A DNA stretch of 64,000 bases from Lytechinus pictus (taxonomy: Eukaryota). The translations under genes and the position numbers were made by a program. Below, in pieces: positions 1-14,400 of the stretch. The stretch covers positions 31,558,001 through 31,622,000 of the forward strand of contig NC_087251.1 in the NCBI RefSeq assembly GCF_037042905.1, given 5' to 3'. The notes below the pieces were generated by a model. The model was not told the origin of the DNA and did not search any database. It was given only the letters and a program-made list of their open reading frames with translations. Position 1 is the first letter of the stretch, and each line of letters opens with the position of its first letter.

Positions 1-241
1 GAAATGGGTACTTAGGAGAAAACCACACATCCCTGATAATAAAGTAAATGGCATATGGGAAAGTTGTCCTTGCCCCTTGTCATAATTTACTTACCCAGTT
101 GCCAATTTGAAATCTACATACTATTAGTGATCTCAATTTAAAAGCAGCTATAACTTATTTCTTTCAAACTTTCGCCATTCTGTTTAATATATTTTTTCTC
201 CTGCCCAACACAACATTTTATGGCAAAGGCTGGATTCCCCT
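1..241. mobile_element. Probable right end of a TTAA MITE truncated by the window edge
   Basis: Ends GGATTCCCCT|TTAA, the same terminal style as the other families. Confidence 0.5.
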
Positions 242-568
242 TTAATGTAATACTAATAGCATTTACTTTTTATGTTAGTTTATTGAAGAAAAACTCTATT
301 AGTTTTCAAATCAATTATGAGAGCACCACATGTGTTAAAGCATGCAAAAAAATGATATATTAATTTCATTATTATAGGTTCAAAGACTAATTTTGATTAC
401 TAAGACTTTGAAGAAAACTCTTCATACACAATTCCACCCAAATTAATGTGATCATGCCACTATAATACCCCACATAGAAAAGTTATTACTTTATTATTCT
501 AATATTAATTTTAAAATAATTTTGAAATAATGAATTCACCTTTTGTTAGAGTGGCTACTGGCTATTAA

Positions 569-1164
569 AGGGATGGTCCGGGCTGAAAATATTTATATCT
601 TAATGCATAGAATAGAATTCACTGAGCAAAATGCCGAAAATTTCATCAAAATCGGATAACAAATAATAAAGTTAATGAAGTTTAAAGTTTAGCAATATTT
701 TGTGAAAACAGTCATCATGAATATTCATTAGGTGGGCTGATGATGTCACATGGATCTCCACTTTCCGTTTCCTTATGTTATTACATAAAATCATATTTTT
801 TAAACATTTTTTTCATACTTGTGTGAATAATATGTCTGCCTTATAATGAAATAAGTTGCAGCAATAAATGTCTACCGGTAATGTACTAAATCAGTTGTCA
901 ATCCAATTTCTCTAGTTCTTGGAGGGAAAAAATTGAATAAACCTCATTTCATATAATAAAATACAAAAGAACAAGTGGGGATGTGACATCATCAGCCCAC
1001 CTAATGAATATTCATAACGACTGTTTTCACAAAATATTGCTAAACTTTAAAATTCAATAACTTTGTTATTTGTTATCCGATTTTGATGAAATTTTCGGCA
1101 TTTTGCTCAGTGAATTCTACTCTATTCATTAAAACTATAAATACTTTCAGCCAGGACCATCCCT
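569..1164. mobile_element. TTAA MITE family A (AGGGATGGTCC termini)
   Basis: TTAA on both sides, long inverted arms; second copy at 34982-35360. Confidence 0.9.
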
Positions 1165-1457
1165 TTAAAGATAAATACATGTACCAGTTGTGGTAACGAT
1201 CTCAAAATGAGTTCAAACAGAATCCAATAGAATTACTACCAAAAAAATATGTGCCAAATGGCTCTGGAAGAAAATGTGCGATTGCTGAGAAATTAGCAAA
1301 ATAAGCACAAAATTTCATCAAATGTCAGGTATTTTCACCAAGTACATGTAATATCAATATACTGTCCCACATGTTTATGCCTTTCTGTGTTAGTTAGTGA
1401 TCATTAGAATTGTCGTTTTTTAGCAAAGGTTTCATGATTTCACAAAGATAAGTTCAT

Positions 1458-2044
1458 CAGGGTGCTACATATTGCACTTGCCCGGGGCAAGTAAAAGTTA
1501 GAGTCAGGCAAGTGTTTTGAAGTAAAGACCAAAACTACTTGCACGAATTGGGCAAGCAAATTCTCACGATAGAATAACCAAAATTAGGGTCAATATCATA
1601 TCATATTGACCCTAATTTTGGTCATGGCAGGAATGATAAAATCACTTTGGACAAAGAAATGCAATAACAAGGTAGATCAGTTCATGTCAAAAGAGAGAAA
1701 AAGGTAAATGGTTTACGGCATTATCCTGGTTTAAGCCACCACTCCATTCACTGCCGTTCATTTCGTCAGCGGCGGTGACTTCTTTCATCTCCCATTGACT
1801 TTGTACACAATGAGCGCGCACACACACTGACACACACGAGAAGAGAGGTGACTTATTTCAGGATAAGGCCTGGGTTACTTTAAATAACCGCAAAACTTTC
1901 CTTCAAAGAGGTAGGGCCTAAAACTTTTTTTCCAAGGATTTTTTTGGGCAAGTGAAATAGATTTTTGGGCAAGTATATTCCAACTATTTAAAGATTTACT
2001 TGCCCGACCGGGCAAGTGCTTCTAAAAAGTTATGTAGCACCCTG
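1458..2044. mobile_element. CAGGGTGCTACATA-TIR DNA element, copy 1
   Basis: 14-bp TIR, repeated subterminal GGGCAAGT/CTTGCCC motifs; flanks AGTTCAT/AGTTTAT. Confidence 0.88.
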
Positions 2045-2811
2045 AGTTTATATTACATACCAGATGTAGATCAATGGTAATATTGTGACGACTAACCTTT
2101 ATTTAAAAGACTTAGTCTTGAAATAATAATTTGCAGCAACTACTTTCTTGCATTTCAAAATTATGATCATACATCTACATGTACATGTATAGTAAATACA
2201 TTGGTTTATTTAGCCATGTACTAGCCCCTGAACATGAATTGGTTAACAAAATTGTCTACATCCACTTAACTTACAGTACGATGAAGATGCTTGTCAATAA
2301 TAAAAAAAAAGGGGGGGGGGGTCTCAACCATGTTTTCAATCAATAAATATGGGTAATTTCAGCAGATTGGGTCATACAGGTAGTTTAATGTTGACATGGT
2401 GTGAATTATTAAAACTATGAACTGTTGTTACACCAGACTCACCCATATTTTTAAAGTAGTTTTTCAACGTTTTTAATCACTTCTTTAAAAGAAAATTTGT
2501 TCATTTTTTGAGACAGCATGCACATGTTCTTTATAATGCACAATAAGAACATTCACATCAATAGGTTAAATACAAAAAATAAGAGGAATAAAAATATGAC
2601 ATAACATTTGACACTGGGCCGATGTTACGTCTAAATTATATTTTTGTCAATAATTTCGTGAAGTCTAACATGCCAGGCCCTAACTTGTCGGAATAATTCA
2701 TTACATTTATGAGTACTTAATATACCATCAAGAAATCAGTTCATAGTTTTTATTGATCCATGTCATGTCACACTATTTTGTCATAACCTGGCAAAATGAC
2801 CCATATATGAT

Positions 2812-3091
2812 AATAATAATATGTCCATTCATATATAGCGCAGTTACTATACTCTACTGCGCTTTGATACTTGGTATCATATTATTACCCCATTATTACC
2901 CCAGCTGTAGCTGAGCCGCACTGAAGCGTTCAAGGAATAAATCCTACTGGGTACCCATTCACTTCACCTGGGTCGAGTGCAGCACAATGTGGATTAATTT
3001 CTTGCCGAAGGAAATTACGCCATGGCTGGGATTCAAACCCACGACCCTCTGTTTCGAAGTCTGGAGACTAATCCACTGGGCCACAATGCTC
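2812..3091 (-). mobile_element. tRNA-derived SINE
   Basis: Reverse strand has A box TGGCCCAGTGG and B box GGGTTTGAATCCC; (ATT)n tail; homologous to 32064-32362. Confidence 0.82.
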
Positions 3092-3645
3092 CACATATGC
3101 TAATGTTTTCAAACATGAAGACCCTCCCCCCCCAAAAAAAAAGAGTATTATCATTAATTTATACAAGCTTTAGCATGATGGTATGCATATGAGCTGGGGA
3201 AAGAGCAGCCAATATTATAGTACATGTGTAAATGTAGTAATGTACATGATGTTTAGTCATAATTATGTGAGATCAGCACAGCACATGCCACTGTTTACTA
3301 TATAGTGCCAAGGGAAATTCAGGATATTTGGGGGAGGGGTAATCAAACAGTTATATTCTCAAACAATCCTCCATGATTTACAGGAAAGACATAAAGCCCA
3401 GCTAAAGCTTTGGCAATAGGGGTCAATAATGATCTAAAGCTCCAATCCTGCATACAAGGTACATAAAATGCACAGTAAATAATTCTTTGTGAAATTTGAT
3501 TTATTAAATCTAGTGCCCTCTCTCAGTAAAGCTTTCATTTTCTTCAAAAGGGGCCTTTTGAACTGTATCTACAAATTTATTGATTGAATATCAGAAAAGC
3601 TAAAAAATTAAATAAAATCCCATTGTCAACTATTTCAGCCCATTC

Positions 3646-4465
3646 CAAGTAGAACGCCTCTGGCTATCTCGCCTAGCTGCATTACGCAAATCAATAGCAA
3701 CAGTGCTGACTTTCAAAACAGCTTTTGAATAATTATTCACAAAAGAAAACACTCATATATATATATGCTTTTCACACTGTACTTTTTTCCCTTAACCCCA
3801 GGAAATTGGTGGGGCTAAGGGGGGGGGGGGCCTTAGCCCCACCAATTTCGCAGGGTTAAGCTTAGCCCACTTCGTTTTCACCCAACGTTTTAGCAAAGTA
3901 GGCTAGCACGGTAAATACTACGGTACTATCTGGCCCTGCAAAAAAGCAGGGTTAGCCGGCTTATTGTGGTGCTAGCACCACAAATGCGGTGCTAAGAGAT
4001 GCAGTGTGAAACGAAACTGGGCTAAGGAAAAGTGGGGCTAAGCAAGAGCCAATCACAGAAGTCGAAATTGCACGTTAATCACGCTCTGTATGGTAAAATC
4101 ATCGATATTCATGAGCTGTGGGATAGTCCGGGGTTCCGTGTGAATCCAAAAAAAGAGAGTATGGGGTAAAGGATAGTCCGGGGTTAAGGATAGTTAAGGA
4201 AATAAGGAAATGCAATGTGAAAAGCATATCATATGATATAAAATACTCTGTCCATTGACCCAACATGATCTTTGACCATACCATGTGACCTAAAGACGTG
4301 TGCAAAACATACTTGATAACCCTAATATGCCCATGGATGTTTCATGATGACATGTTATGATGACATTTCAAAAACTTAACCTTGGTTAAGATTTTAATAT
4401 TGACGCCGCCGCCGTCAGAAAAGCGGCGCCTATAGTCTCGCTCTGCTGTGCAGGCGAGACAAAAA
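3646..4465 (+). mobile_element. Short HINE-type copy interrupted by a MITE at 3765-4227 (TIR ATGCTTTTCACACTG)
   Basis: Family ends present; the nested TIR pair has 1 mismatch. Confidence 0.75.
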
Positions 4466-5337
4466 TAAAGAAAAAAATCTGCAGATGTATCATGTTTCAT
4501 TTTTATAGGGTACCCAATCAAAATGAATTTCATGTAAAGTTGCAAAATTTATCCAGCAAATAAATTTTTATTCCAAAAATATCCTCCACATCACAATTTT
4601 TCAAGGCTTACACATTCATATAATACAGTATATTAATAAACTGGAACGGAGATTTGCCCTTTTGGGGGATTTACCAAAACATTGAAAATGCATTAAGGAA
4701 AGCTTGATATAGAGGTGTATAATGAGTTCGAAAATTTGGGGTAGAGGGAAGGAATAGATGTAAAGTGGTGACACATTTATGATTAAAGAACTGGCAATGT
4801 TTGGTGCAACACTGATGTGGGGGCAGCTATATAAGTAGATGTAGAATTTATACATCTCCTCTCAATGCTAAAATGGGGGTTGGTAATTCATTAGGTGGTT
4901 AAAACTCTGTAATATTACCATGCACACTGATCATTAAGAATCAATATAAAATATGCAGGTCCTCTGTGACAGCAGTCATTTTAAAATGATATTATTGTCT
5001 GATGGAATATTTTCAGATACACTTTTCTGCCACTTCTAAGCTATTTAAACAAAAACAAGTTTCAATCTTTCTACTCATCTCTCTCAACTTTCCAACTACC
5101 AAGCATGGTTTGTTTTATACTGATATACTCTACACATTGCCATTCATCAAGCTATGTATGGAAAGCCTTTTTCATGGAGTAATCATTTGCAGGAGCTAGT
5201 GTCATACAAACAATGATGGAAACCACATTACAGCCAATACAATGGTGGTTAATGAACCGGTTTGCAAACAATGGAATCTTTTACCCCAACAACTTCCTAC
5301 ATAAATATCAAGCAATATCCAAACCAGAACAGCTCAC

Positions 5338-5464
5338 CTGGCCCGTTGTGAAGAATCCAAAATACAGATCTCCACTGTATGGGTCATGCTGCTTGAACGT
5401 AATGTCCTTTTCTGAACAATGTCCGTGTATGTTCCAGTTGGAAATTTTGGAGCCTTTCGAACAA
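5338..5464 (-). CDS. TMEM179B: TMEM179-like exon 4
   Basis: ATTTCAG acceptor, CAG|GTGAGC donor; CSKGSKISNWN...YFGFFTTGQ. Confidence 0.78.
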
Positions 5465-8400
5465 CTGAAATTGATGAGAAAACAAATGCATGAGCTCTGA
5501 CAACACAATATTGAATGATAAAGAATAATTTTGATAATGCTATCATGCACTTTTACTGGAGCTGTTCCATACATACATTTCATACTTATCTATGAAGTGT
5601 TTCATGAAGATTCTTGTCAGTTTATATTTTCATAGGCGTATTTGCTCTGAGCCAATCAGATACCAGGATTTCAGTAGCTTTTAACAGATCAGTCAGTCAG
5701 TGAAAGTACTGACTATCTGTTTTAATAATAAGAATATGCACCCAGGCACCAAATTTCTTTTAGTATTCTGCAGGCAATGGCCGGTGTACTTTTCATTTTG
5801 TGCTTTCTCATTCTTTTGTCACAGCACTTTTCATAATGCCTAGATCAATCACAGTGATTACATGTAATGCTCAATGTCATTGTATTGATCATATTGCTAT
5901 CACATGAATGGTATCCTGGAAAAAAATGAAATTGAGAAAGGTAGAACTTTGTATTTCAATAAAACAAGACGATGTGATGGTGAAATATTCTTGAGATACC
6001 AATCTATAGAGGAAATGTCTCATGAGGATTTACCATACATGTACCTATTTGAGAATTTAAACTTTAAAAAGAGTAGAAATGTTTCATGCTTGTCATGTGA
6101 CACTTGCACTTGACAGGAACCCACATCAAATCATACCATCTTAAGAACATTTATGCTCTATTTCCTCGAGATTGTAAGCTGTAGACATACTAAGGACATT
6201 CTTGAGTTGAAGGTTAAACAAATGATTCAGAGTGGGCAATACACTGTAAGATATTTCTAGGAGAGATAGGATCTGAATAAAAATACCTTTTGCAATTAAA
6301 GAATATTGGTTTTGGATAGTGAAGCTGTTTCACTTATCTGGCACATTAAGGCATACTATGTAAATCTATATATGTAAATTCTTCTACTGCCAAATCCAAC
6401 CCCAACTAGGCCATTTTTCAAGGGGCAACAATAGGCAAATGTCTAAAGAAAACATACCAAAAAAGAGAGAAAAGGAAGAATTGGTATAAAATGTTTTTTG
6501 TCCTGTTCATTAAAAACAATGAATTAAAAGGATCTGTTTCACTCTTTGGCGAGTTCCTTTGAAAATATGACCTGCGACAATACATACTACATATTTTAGA
6601 ATACAGTGCAGTTTATTTCCAACAATCAAAATCATGTAAAACTCCCTAAAAAAGTATGGTTGATCTTGTATAACGTATAATGTTTGATATTTTTGAAGCT
6701 ACATCGTAAAACTATTGGTATTTGTGCAGTTTCAACTTTCAATGAGAGATTTCTGAAAAAGGCATACACTGTAGAGATCATCGAAATTTTCTGAATCATT
6801 GTTTTTCTACACAAATGCCCAGGGTATAGAGCAGATCACTTCAGGTTCCCGTTTCATAATAACAAGTTTACCATCAGCTAATCAGATTGAAGGATTTCAG
6901 TAGCTTTTAACGGTTATCGCAAATTCATTCAAGGTTTTATGAAACGGGCCCTACATGTAGATCACTTCTGGTCCTGGCCAAGTTACACGTAGCATCTGAG
7001 CTACCGAAATCACTTGCTCTTCCGGGCTTTAGTCTGTTACCCTTGCTCATAAGATGGCACCGGGATTTCTTTTCTCAGAAAAATGTAAGAATAAATAAAA
7101 TTGCTATTTTCTGATAATTCACTTTCCTAAATGATCAAGATATGGACTACACCATGACAAATTATGACAGAACAAGTAATGAAACTTTGATTAATTTCCC
7201 ATAAAAACTTTGAATTGACATTCTTTAATGAAAATGTACAAGGTAAAACAGGGTAAAATAATTAGATTTAATACATTCAGAGGAGGGGAGGGGGAGAAGA
7301 GCACTGGATAAAAAAAAAGGAAGAATATTAAGTGAGAACAGAATTTGTTAATGTTCTACATGATCTACTTACTCCTTTACATGTGGCCCTGCAGTGAGTC
7401 CATCACAAAACTGCTTAAAACCAACACTGACGATGCAAGATTCAACGAATAGGACCAATGTGAAAGCCACATTGATGATGATACTGGGAATTGTTAGAAA
7501 TTTCCTATGTAGAAAACAAACATTTAACAAGTCAAGTGATGGTCTAAACAGCTATAAAAAAACTAAAAAAACACAGAATGATACAAACAAGGAAAATACA
7601 TGTATGATACAAGGAAAATATGTCTACAAATTTCACTTTTAAAAAGGAAGGACAAGTATGTCATTACATGAAATCTAAATTTGAAAAGCTGATGAAATTT
7701 CCTAAAAAGTAAAATACAAATATAAGGATGAATGTTTTTTTGTTTTGGAGTATTTAACTGGCTCTGCAATTCTCCTCCTTCAATTTATTCTTCCCCTGGA
7801 TTGATCATTTCTTGTTTCTCTGTGAAACTTTGCGTTTGTCTGCTAAACCATATTCGCCACTCAATTCTGTAATATTGCTATGTTTTTAAATCAAGGCCTT
7901 TCAAACACAAGTTTATCAAGTAGTTCTTGGCTACAAATACAAAGATTACATTACGGAATTTTCTTCCTATTCCCATTCCATTCTTAGTCAAGAGACCAAA
8001 TTTTATTGGTAAAATTTATCCACATGTCCAATTTCATCTATAGGAGTCAGGAGTGCCCATTTTCATGCTTAAATGACACACACAAGGCTTTTTTTTATAT
8101 CAAAAGAGTGCATAGTTTAATAATGAATGTTTTTAAAACCTTAAACATGATAGCAATACTTATCCCAAACTGATTATCCCCCCCCCCCGGAAGTTAATGA
8201 AATTAAGACAAAATAGATAAAAATATTACAGTAGAAATGACAACAAAACAAAATCCTAATTGATATTTGATAATAAAAAATTTATACATTTATCAAACAA
8301 GAAATTAAAAAATCTAAAATTGACAGCTCTAGTAAGAAAAAACATAGTTATATGTACAAATGAATTAGATAGGTAATCTACTTCCAAATAATAATGAGAC

Positions 8401-11400
8401 AGTACCGTACAGAGAGCATACCCATTAATATGTTAACATGCTACTAGAGTAAACATCCTCGAGAGGTGTATTAGTCTATGTTTACATCCAAAGCAGTAGT
8501 CCAGATGATTCAACTGATGTAAATCTTGTTTATTTTCAAGTGATAATTCTCTTTTGAATTCCTTTTTACATGTAGTTATCATACACATGTTTTGAAGTTA
8601 CATGCTGATATTCTTGGATATAAAAAAGTGCTGAATGCTGGTACTTGAAATTGTGGTGAACATACAGTACGAATTCCAGCATGAAATGCCTCATTTATTG
8701 TGAAAACTACAGCGTATAGGATGTTTCTTTAATAATCTTTGTAATTACTTAAAATAAAAAAGACACAATAATTATATAAAAAATCAACAACATCAATCAG
8801 TTCTTGCATGATACAGTATGCACATTACAACACTTTTTACATGTGACTCAATAGATCAAAGCTGTAGACTTGAGACATGTTTGGGGACTATTGATTAATG
8901 TTTGCAAATGTTCTCAAATGAAACAGGGACTCAAATTATGAGTTGAGCAATGAAAAGCTCTCCTAGATTTTCAAGGAGAATGATAGGGAAGCACTGCAAA
9001 AAAGCTCTTCATTGACATACATGTACAAGGAAGGTTTCNNNNNNNNNNNNNNNNNNNNNNNNNNNNNNNNNNNNNNNNNNNNNNNNNNNNNNNNNNNNNN
9101 NNNNNNNNNNNNNNNNNNNNNNNNNNNNNNNNNNNNNNNNNNNNNNNNNNNNNNNNNNNNNNNNNNNNACAGAAACAAGGAAATGAATTACGATAGGAAC
9201 AAGAAAGGAAAAAGACAGAAAAGTAAGAAAGAGAAGAAACAAGAATGAAAGATAGATAGAAAGGGTGGATGGAAGAAAAGAAAACAAAGGAATAAAGAAG
9301 GGGGAAAAGAATGGAAAGATTGAAGGAAGGAAAGGAGTGAAAGAATGAACAATGGTGAGAGTGAAAGAAGAAGGAAAAACAGGACTCAAAAAAGGAAAGA
9401 AAAAAAAGAAATAAAGAAAAAAAAAGATGAGAACTAACAGAATAGACAGAAAGAAAAACGAGAGAGAAAGAAAAAAAGAGAAATAAAGAAATAACAAAAA
9501 AGAAAAAGAAAAGAAAGAAAGAGGAAGAAAGCAAAAACTATTTCTACTGATATACTCACAATCCTTCGATCTTGCCAATGATGACGAGAACATAGTAAAT
9601 GCCAAACAAAATGGCATATAAAGAAGCAATAACTTCAATGCCAACTGCAAATGAACATGCCGTGTTGCTTCCCAGGTCTGTGAAACCCATTGCTGTATCA
9701 TTACACCATTTGATTTCACTGTAGAGGATACACTGACTGCTAAAGGCATCCTGCAGAAAAAAAACAACAGGACACTTAAAATCTGCATTTTCTTTTACTT
9801 ATTTTATTCATTTCTGTTTTGAAAATGTAACCTGTGGAACAAAGGATAACTAGAAATATGACTGGAGGTGATTGAAGAGTTTAAATCTGAAGAAAAGATG
9901 GTTAGATCTGTTCCTGACCTGTCCAATCATTACCATGATAATAGCACAAGAAAGTCTCAACTTTTCCAATGCAATAATCATTTGTTCTGATGAGATTTCT
10001 ATTTTTTCCACATTAGATCTCCTAATTGGCTAACCTTTAGAATCCAATGTTATGTGATATAATGTATCGTATGTGTGATGCCTCGTTCTAACATTACAGT
10101 CAGTATCCATGCTCTCATAATCGATTACGACATTGTATTGTAAAGTTACTCCATTTGATTAAAAAAGCAGAGGCTGTAGGTTTGTCTAAAACTGAAAGGA
10201 ATTTGTTCAATTTGAACCCTGATATGTTTGTTCCATTTTGGGGGGATTTGTATTTTTGTTTATAAATACATTCTACCAAAAGCTAATATAGTACAGGGCC
10301 TAATCCTGCCTATAACACAAGTGTTATACAAGTAGCTTTGTAATGAAAATTTGACTATCATAACAAAGCTCTAAAAGGTAGGCTAGACACCAATTTCTCC
10401 TCCTATTTAGTTTATATTAACCTGATTAGTTTCATGCCTAATGGAAGGCTACTCTCCAAGATACCTTGCACTTGTTTGTACTATTCACATGTCGCAAACA
10501 ATGATTACAAACAAAGTACAGAAAACCATTTTGCACAGGCAGACTGTAAAATTAAACTTGTACAAATAGGAATACACTCATTCTGCATGTTTTATAAATT
10601 GACAATGAAAAAAAAATCTGACTTTTCTAAGCGAAATACTTGACAAAAGTTTATTAGGAATTGCAAGAAAAATTGCTAATGGTCAGGGCTCCATCTTGGC
10701 TTTTATTTTGTCATGGAAAAGGCCAAACAACCACAACATGCGTATGGTTTCAACTGCCTGGCTGGTGATCGGCTCAATGGCAATGATTACTCAACTGTTT
10801 ATCATAGCAGAAGCTATGATGATTGTGGAACTACAGGCAAACTTAAAAATTTCGGTTCAATGCTAGCATGTAATAGGGTTCTCTATTGATTTTAATATCT
10901 TTGGCAGGAAATGGGTTTCTAGAGATAGACCTTGCTGATGAATTAGATCAGAATGCAATTACTTTTTGTGACAATATGCAATTCCTATCAAAATATCCTT
11001 GACTGGCAAGAAGTTGACCTAGAAATAAATTTTTAAATGCCTGTTAATCGAGGCATCTGTTCAGCTCACCAACTCAATTTAATTTCGAATTCTGTTTTAA
11101 TGTGTACTGTCAATTATTATGATACTGATTTACTGGTGATTATGATAATGGCGGACTTTGTGATGAATGATAATGATAGTGAAACTGAAATGAATGACGA
11201 TGATGATGAGTGATGGCTAGTGAAAATGATTTTAAATGATTATCAAGATTGGTGAAGATGATATCGATGAATGATGATGAGAATTATGAAAGAATGATAA
11301 TTATCAATTGAAAATCTCTTTCATGAATTAATATTTAATATATAAATTACAAAACACACATTTTCCTTTATTTCAGTTTAAATGGCATATCCACTATAAA

Positions 11401-14400
11401 TTTTGATATCCATCATCACGTAAACAACAATACTTAAAAGGCGGTAACGTGCCAGAAAGGTTTATGATGTGCGCCCGCCGAGTATGTGGTCGGTTGTGAA
11501 TCAACGTGATTTGCAGTAAAACTTACTGGTGATGAATGTAAGTGATTAGTTACTGTTACTGTGATTAAATCTTGTCTTGAATCTTTGTTAGAAGTGTGAT
11601 TATGTTTCAGAAGTTGAGAAATGAGAAGCTTGGCTATAATTTGGGGAATGGGGAGAAACCCGACATGAAAATGAAAATATTCCAAGTACGATCCCATTTG
11701 AAGGTGTAGCGAGTGTAATGTGACCAAATATATATCGGACGATTCACTCCAGACACGTCCAGACAGGACAGCACGTGCGTGAGCTGAATGATGTAGGCCT
11801 ATCTGGTTTTAGACTTTTAATAATAGTAGACTCGCACTTACACTCGCCTCGGTCAAATTCATTGCATCTTATTTCATTCGATCGGAACTAAAAAATAAAC
11901 ACACATACTATCGCAACCATTAAATGGATCGTAACTAGGCCCGACTTGTATAACTCAAATAATAGTCATTTACTAATAGCTTACACAGTCATACGATCTA
12001 CATTTGTAGCCGTAGCCTCACGCTAATACCTTGGTCACATTTGCTCTACGGCGGCCGTACGGCGAGTCAAAAACAGCCGTTTTATTAATTTTAATTCAAA
12101 CCACCTAGATACATAGTTGGACAAAAAATGTTAAAACGGCTGTTCTCGACTCACCGTACGGCCGCCGTAGAACAAATGTGACCAAGGTATAACTCAGATT
12201 CGACCCAAAATATTCAGCTTCTCGTAATTTCGTGGTTTTTCAGAAATATTTTAATTAGCGCACACTCTTTCCATCATCTGAGAGGTTCAAAACTCAAATA
12301 TAACTGAAAATCTTAAATATAACTCAAATAAGTGCAAATGGATATTATTTTTTATATTTCAGGGTAAAATTTCGGATACCCGTCCGCCATCCGGTTTTCA
12401 GTGTCGGATATCCGAATATTGAAATATCCGTTTCAAGTCAGGCCTTTTATATACCTTTCGTTATGAAATCCCATTCTCCAAAATGAAATATAAATGACAT
12501 ATTATTTAGACAATGGCGGAAAGGAAAATAAAACAGAATAGAAGTCGTAAATATCTCAGATTACTTAACGGACAACCAGGAACGTTTTAAAATTGTTCTG
12601 AGGTGCTAACAAGTAAAAAATATTTTATATACCTTTCGTTATGAAATCCCGTTCTCCAAAAATAAATATAAATGACATATTATTCAGACAATGGCAGAAA
12701 GGAAAATAAAACAGAATAGAAGTTGTAAATATCTCAGATTACTAAACGGACAACCAGGAACGTTTTAAAATTGTTCTGAGGTGCTAACGAGTAAAAATAT
12801 ATTTTATATACCTTTCGTTATGGAATCCTGTTCTCGAACAGAAGTCACAAACATCTCAGATTAATCAACGAGTGATTGGGAATGTTTTAGAATTGTTTTC
12901 GTGTATTAATGGCTTAGAATTAGTTTTATATACATTTCGTTATGATATCCTTTTCTTCTCTGATTTGTTTGGCTCTCGTACAAATGATTAGCCTCAGTGT
13001 TTTTTACCATAGGTCAGATAAGGACAGCTTGTCCCTCAGGAGTGTCGTAGGTTACATTATTTACAGTCGATCAAGTTATCTTAACAAGTGGATCCCCAGG
13101 CTCGATGTGGCAAGTGAGTTACGAGGGTCGTAAAACTTTTTTAAAAATCCTTCTGACCAGTGAGTGGCACATGTTTGCGCTGTGTAAATGATCCACTTAT
13201 TACGTAGTCCTTCTACATAAAAGAAGATACGCTATATAGAACCCCTAGAACAAGTGGATGTGTTGAGCAAAATTTGTGATTGTTACACACTGAAGTCAGT
13301 GTGTTGTAATTTGTGTGTGGATTGTGTGAGCAGTTTGGTCAACTTGATATGCTGAATTGGTAGATGATTACACGCCCCCCCCCCCCAACAAAAATATATT
13401 GTACCGCTTTCCAACTCCATATGTCCCTCCTTTCTGCATCAGTTCATCTGACTTTCCTTGAATCAGAACAATATGCAGCCATTCTCCATGCTGGTCTGAG
13501 TGGTCTCTCCTCCATTCCCTCTTTTGTCCATGCTTATTCCCCTATTATTTTCCTTTATATCTGTTCTAACAAGTTGTACTTCGTTTTAATAGAGTTTGGA
13601 ACAAGATACCAAATTTAATTAGATTGGATATATCGAATTGAATAATATATTAAGCATGAGATATTTTGCCACTTTTTATCTTATTTCTTTAAATCTGTTT
13701 TCAATTCACATGCTATATATATATTTTTTTATATCCTTGTATAATTTATACTTTATTTCAGAGTTATCCCCTTGTTTATATCTTCCATATTGAGAAAATT
13801 ACGTTCCAGCTTTCATCATTCTTTTGGACCAAGTATAATAATAAAGAAGAAGTTTGCTTGCTATTCTTAAATTGGAGGCTTGCCTTATTGTCAAGAAATC
13901 AATGATAGCACGATATGATTGCTGTGTTAGTAATAAAAGTACCAGTCGTGGTTCAAATTCAATTATGGACATTTTCCAGTCATATTTAATGCAATCGTTA
14001 GTTTAATCCAACTATTCCTTATTTTAAATATATTTTACTGAAGAATATGCATTTGGCAAGGCAGTTTGACATTTTAGAATCCACTGAAAACGTAGACTAG
14101 CCCCTTTCACGGACTTTGAACCCTCCTCCCATCCCTTAACTTTTGTTTACAGAAAGTACAAATTGCGCAATCTTTGATCGAGAAGCACATGGTCATCAGA
14201 AATCTGATACTTCTGTTGTCTGGAGTTTTCAATTGAGTTGGGAGGTGTGTGGGGGAAAACGGGGAAAATACTGTCAGAGCAAATACGCGAAGGCGAGACA
14301 AAGCTTATTTGACTTTGAAGGAATATTGCTTAGATATCGAGGTTTTCTAGAGCATTCATGATGATGTATTTTGGAATTTATTCAATGTTGGCCCGTTTTG

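Noticed and set aside
3370-3425. Candidate final TMEM179 exon (SWALCLSCKSW)
   Set aside because: No phase-0 acceptor giving an open hydrophobic frame; the exon probably lies left of the window.
8963-9788. Long F/S/L-rich ORFs
   Set aside because: Low-complexity tract plus N gap; the real exon (9560-9750) is in another frame.
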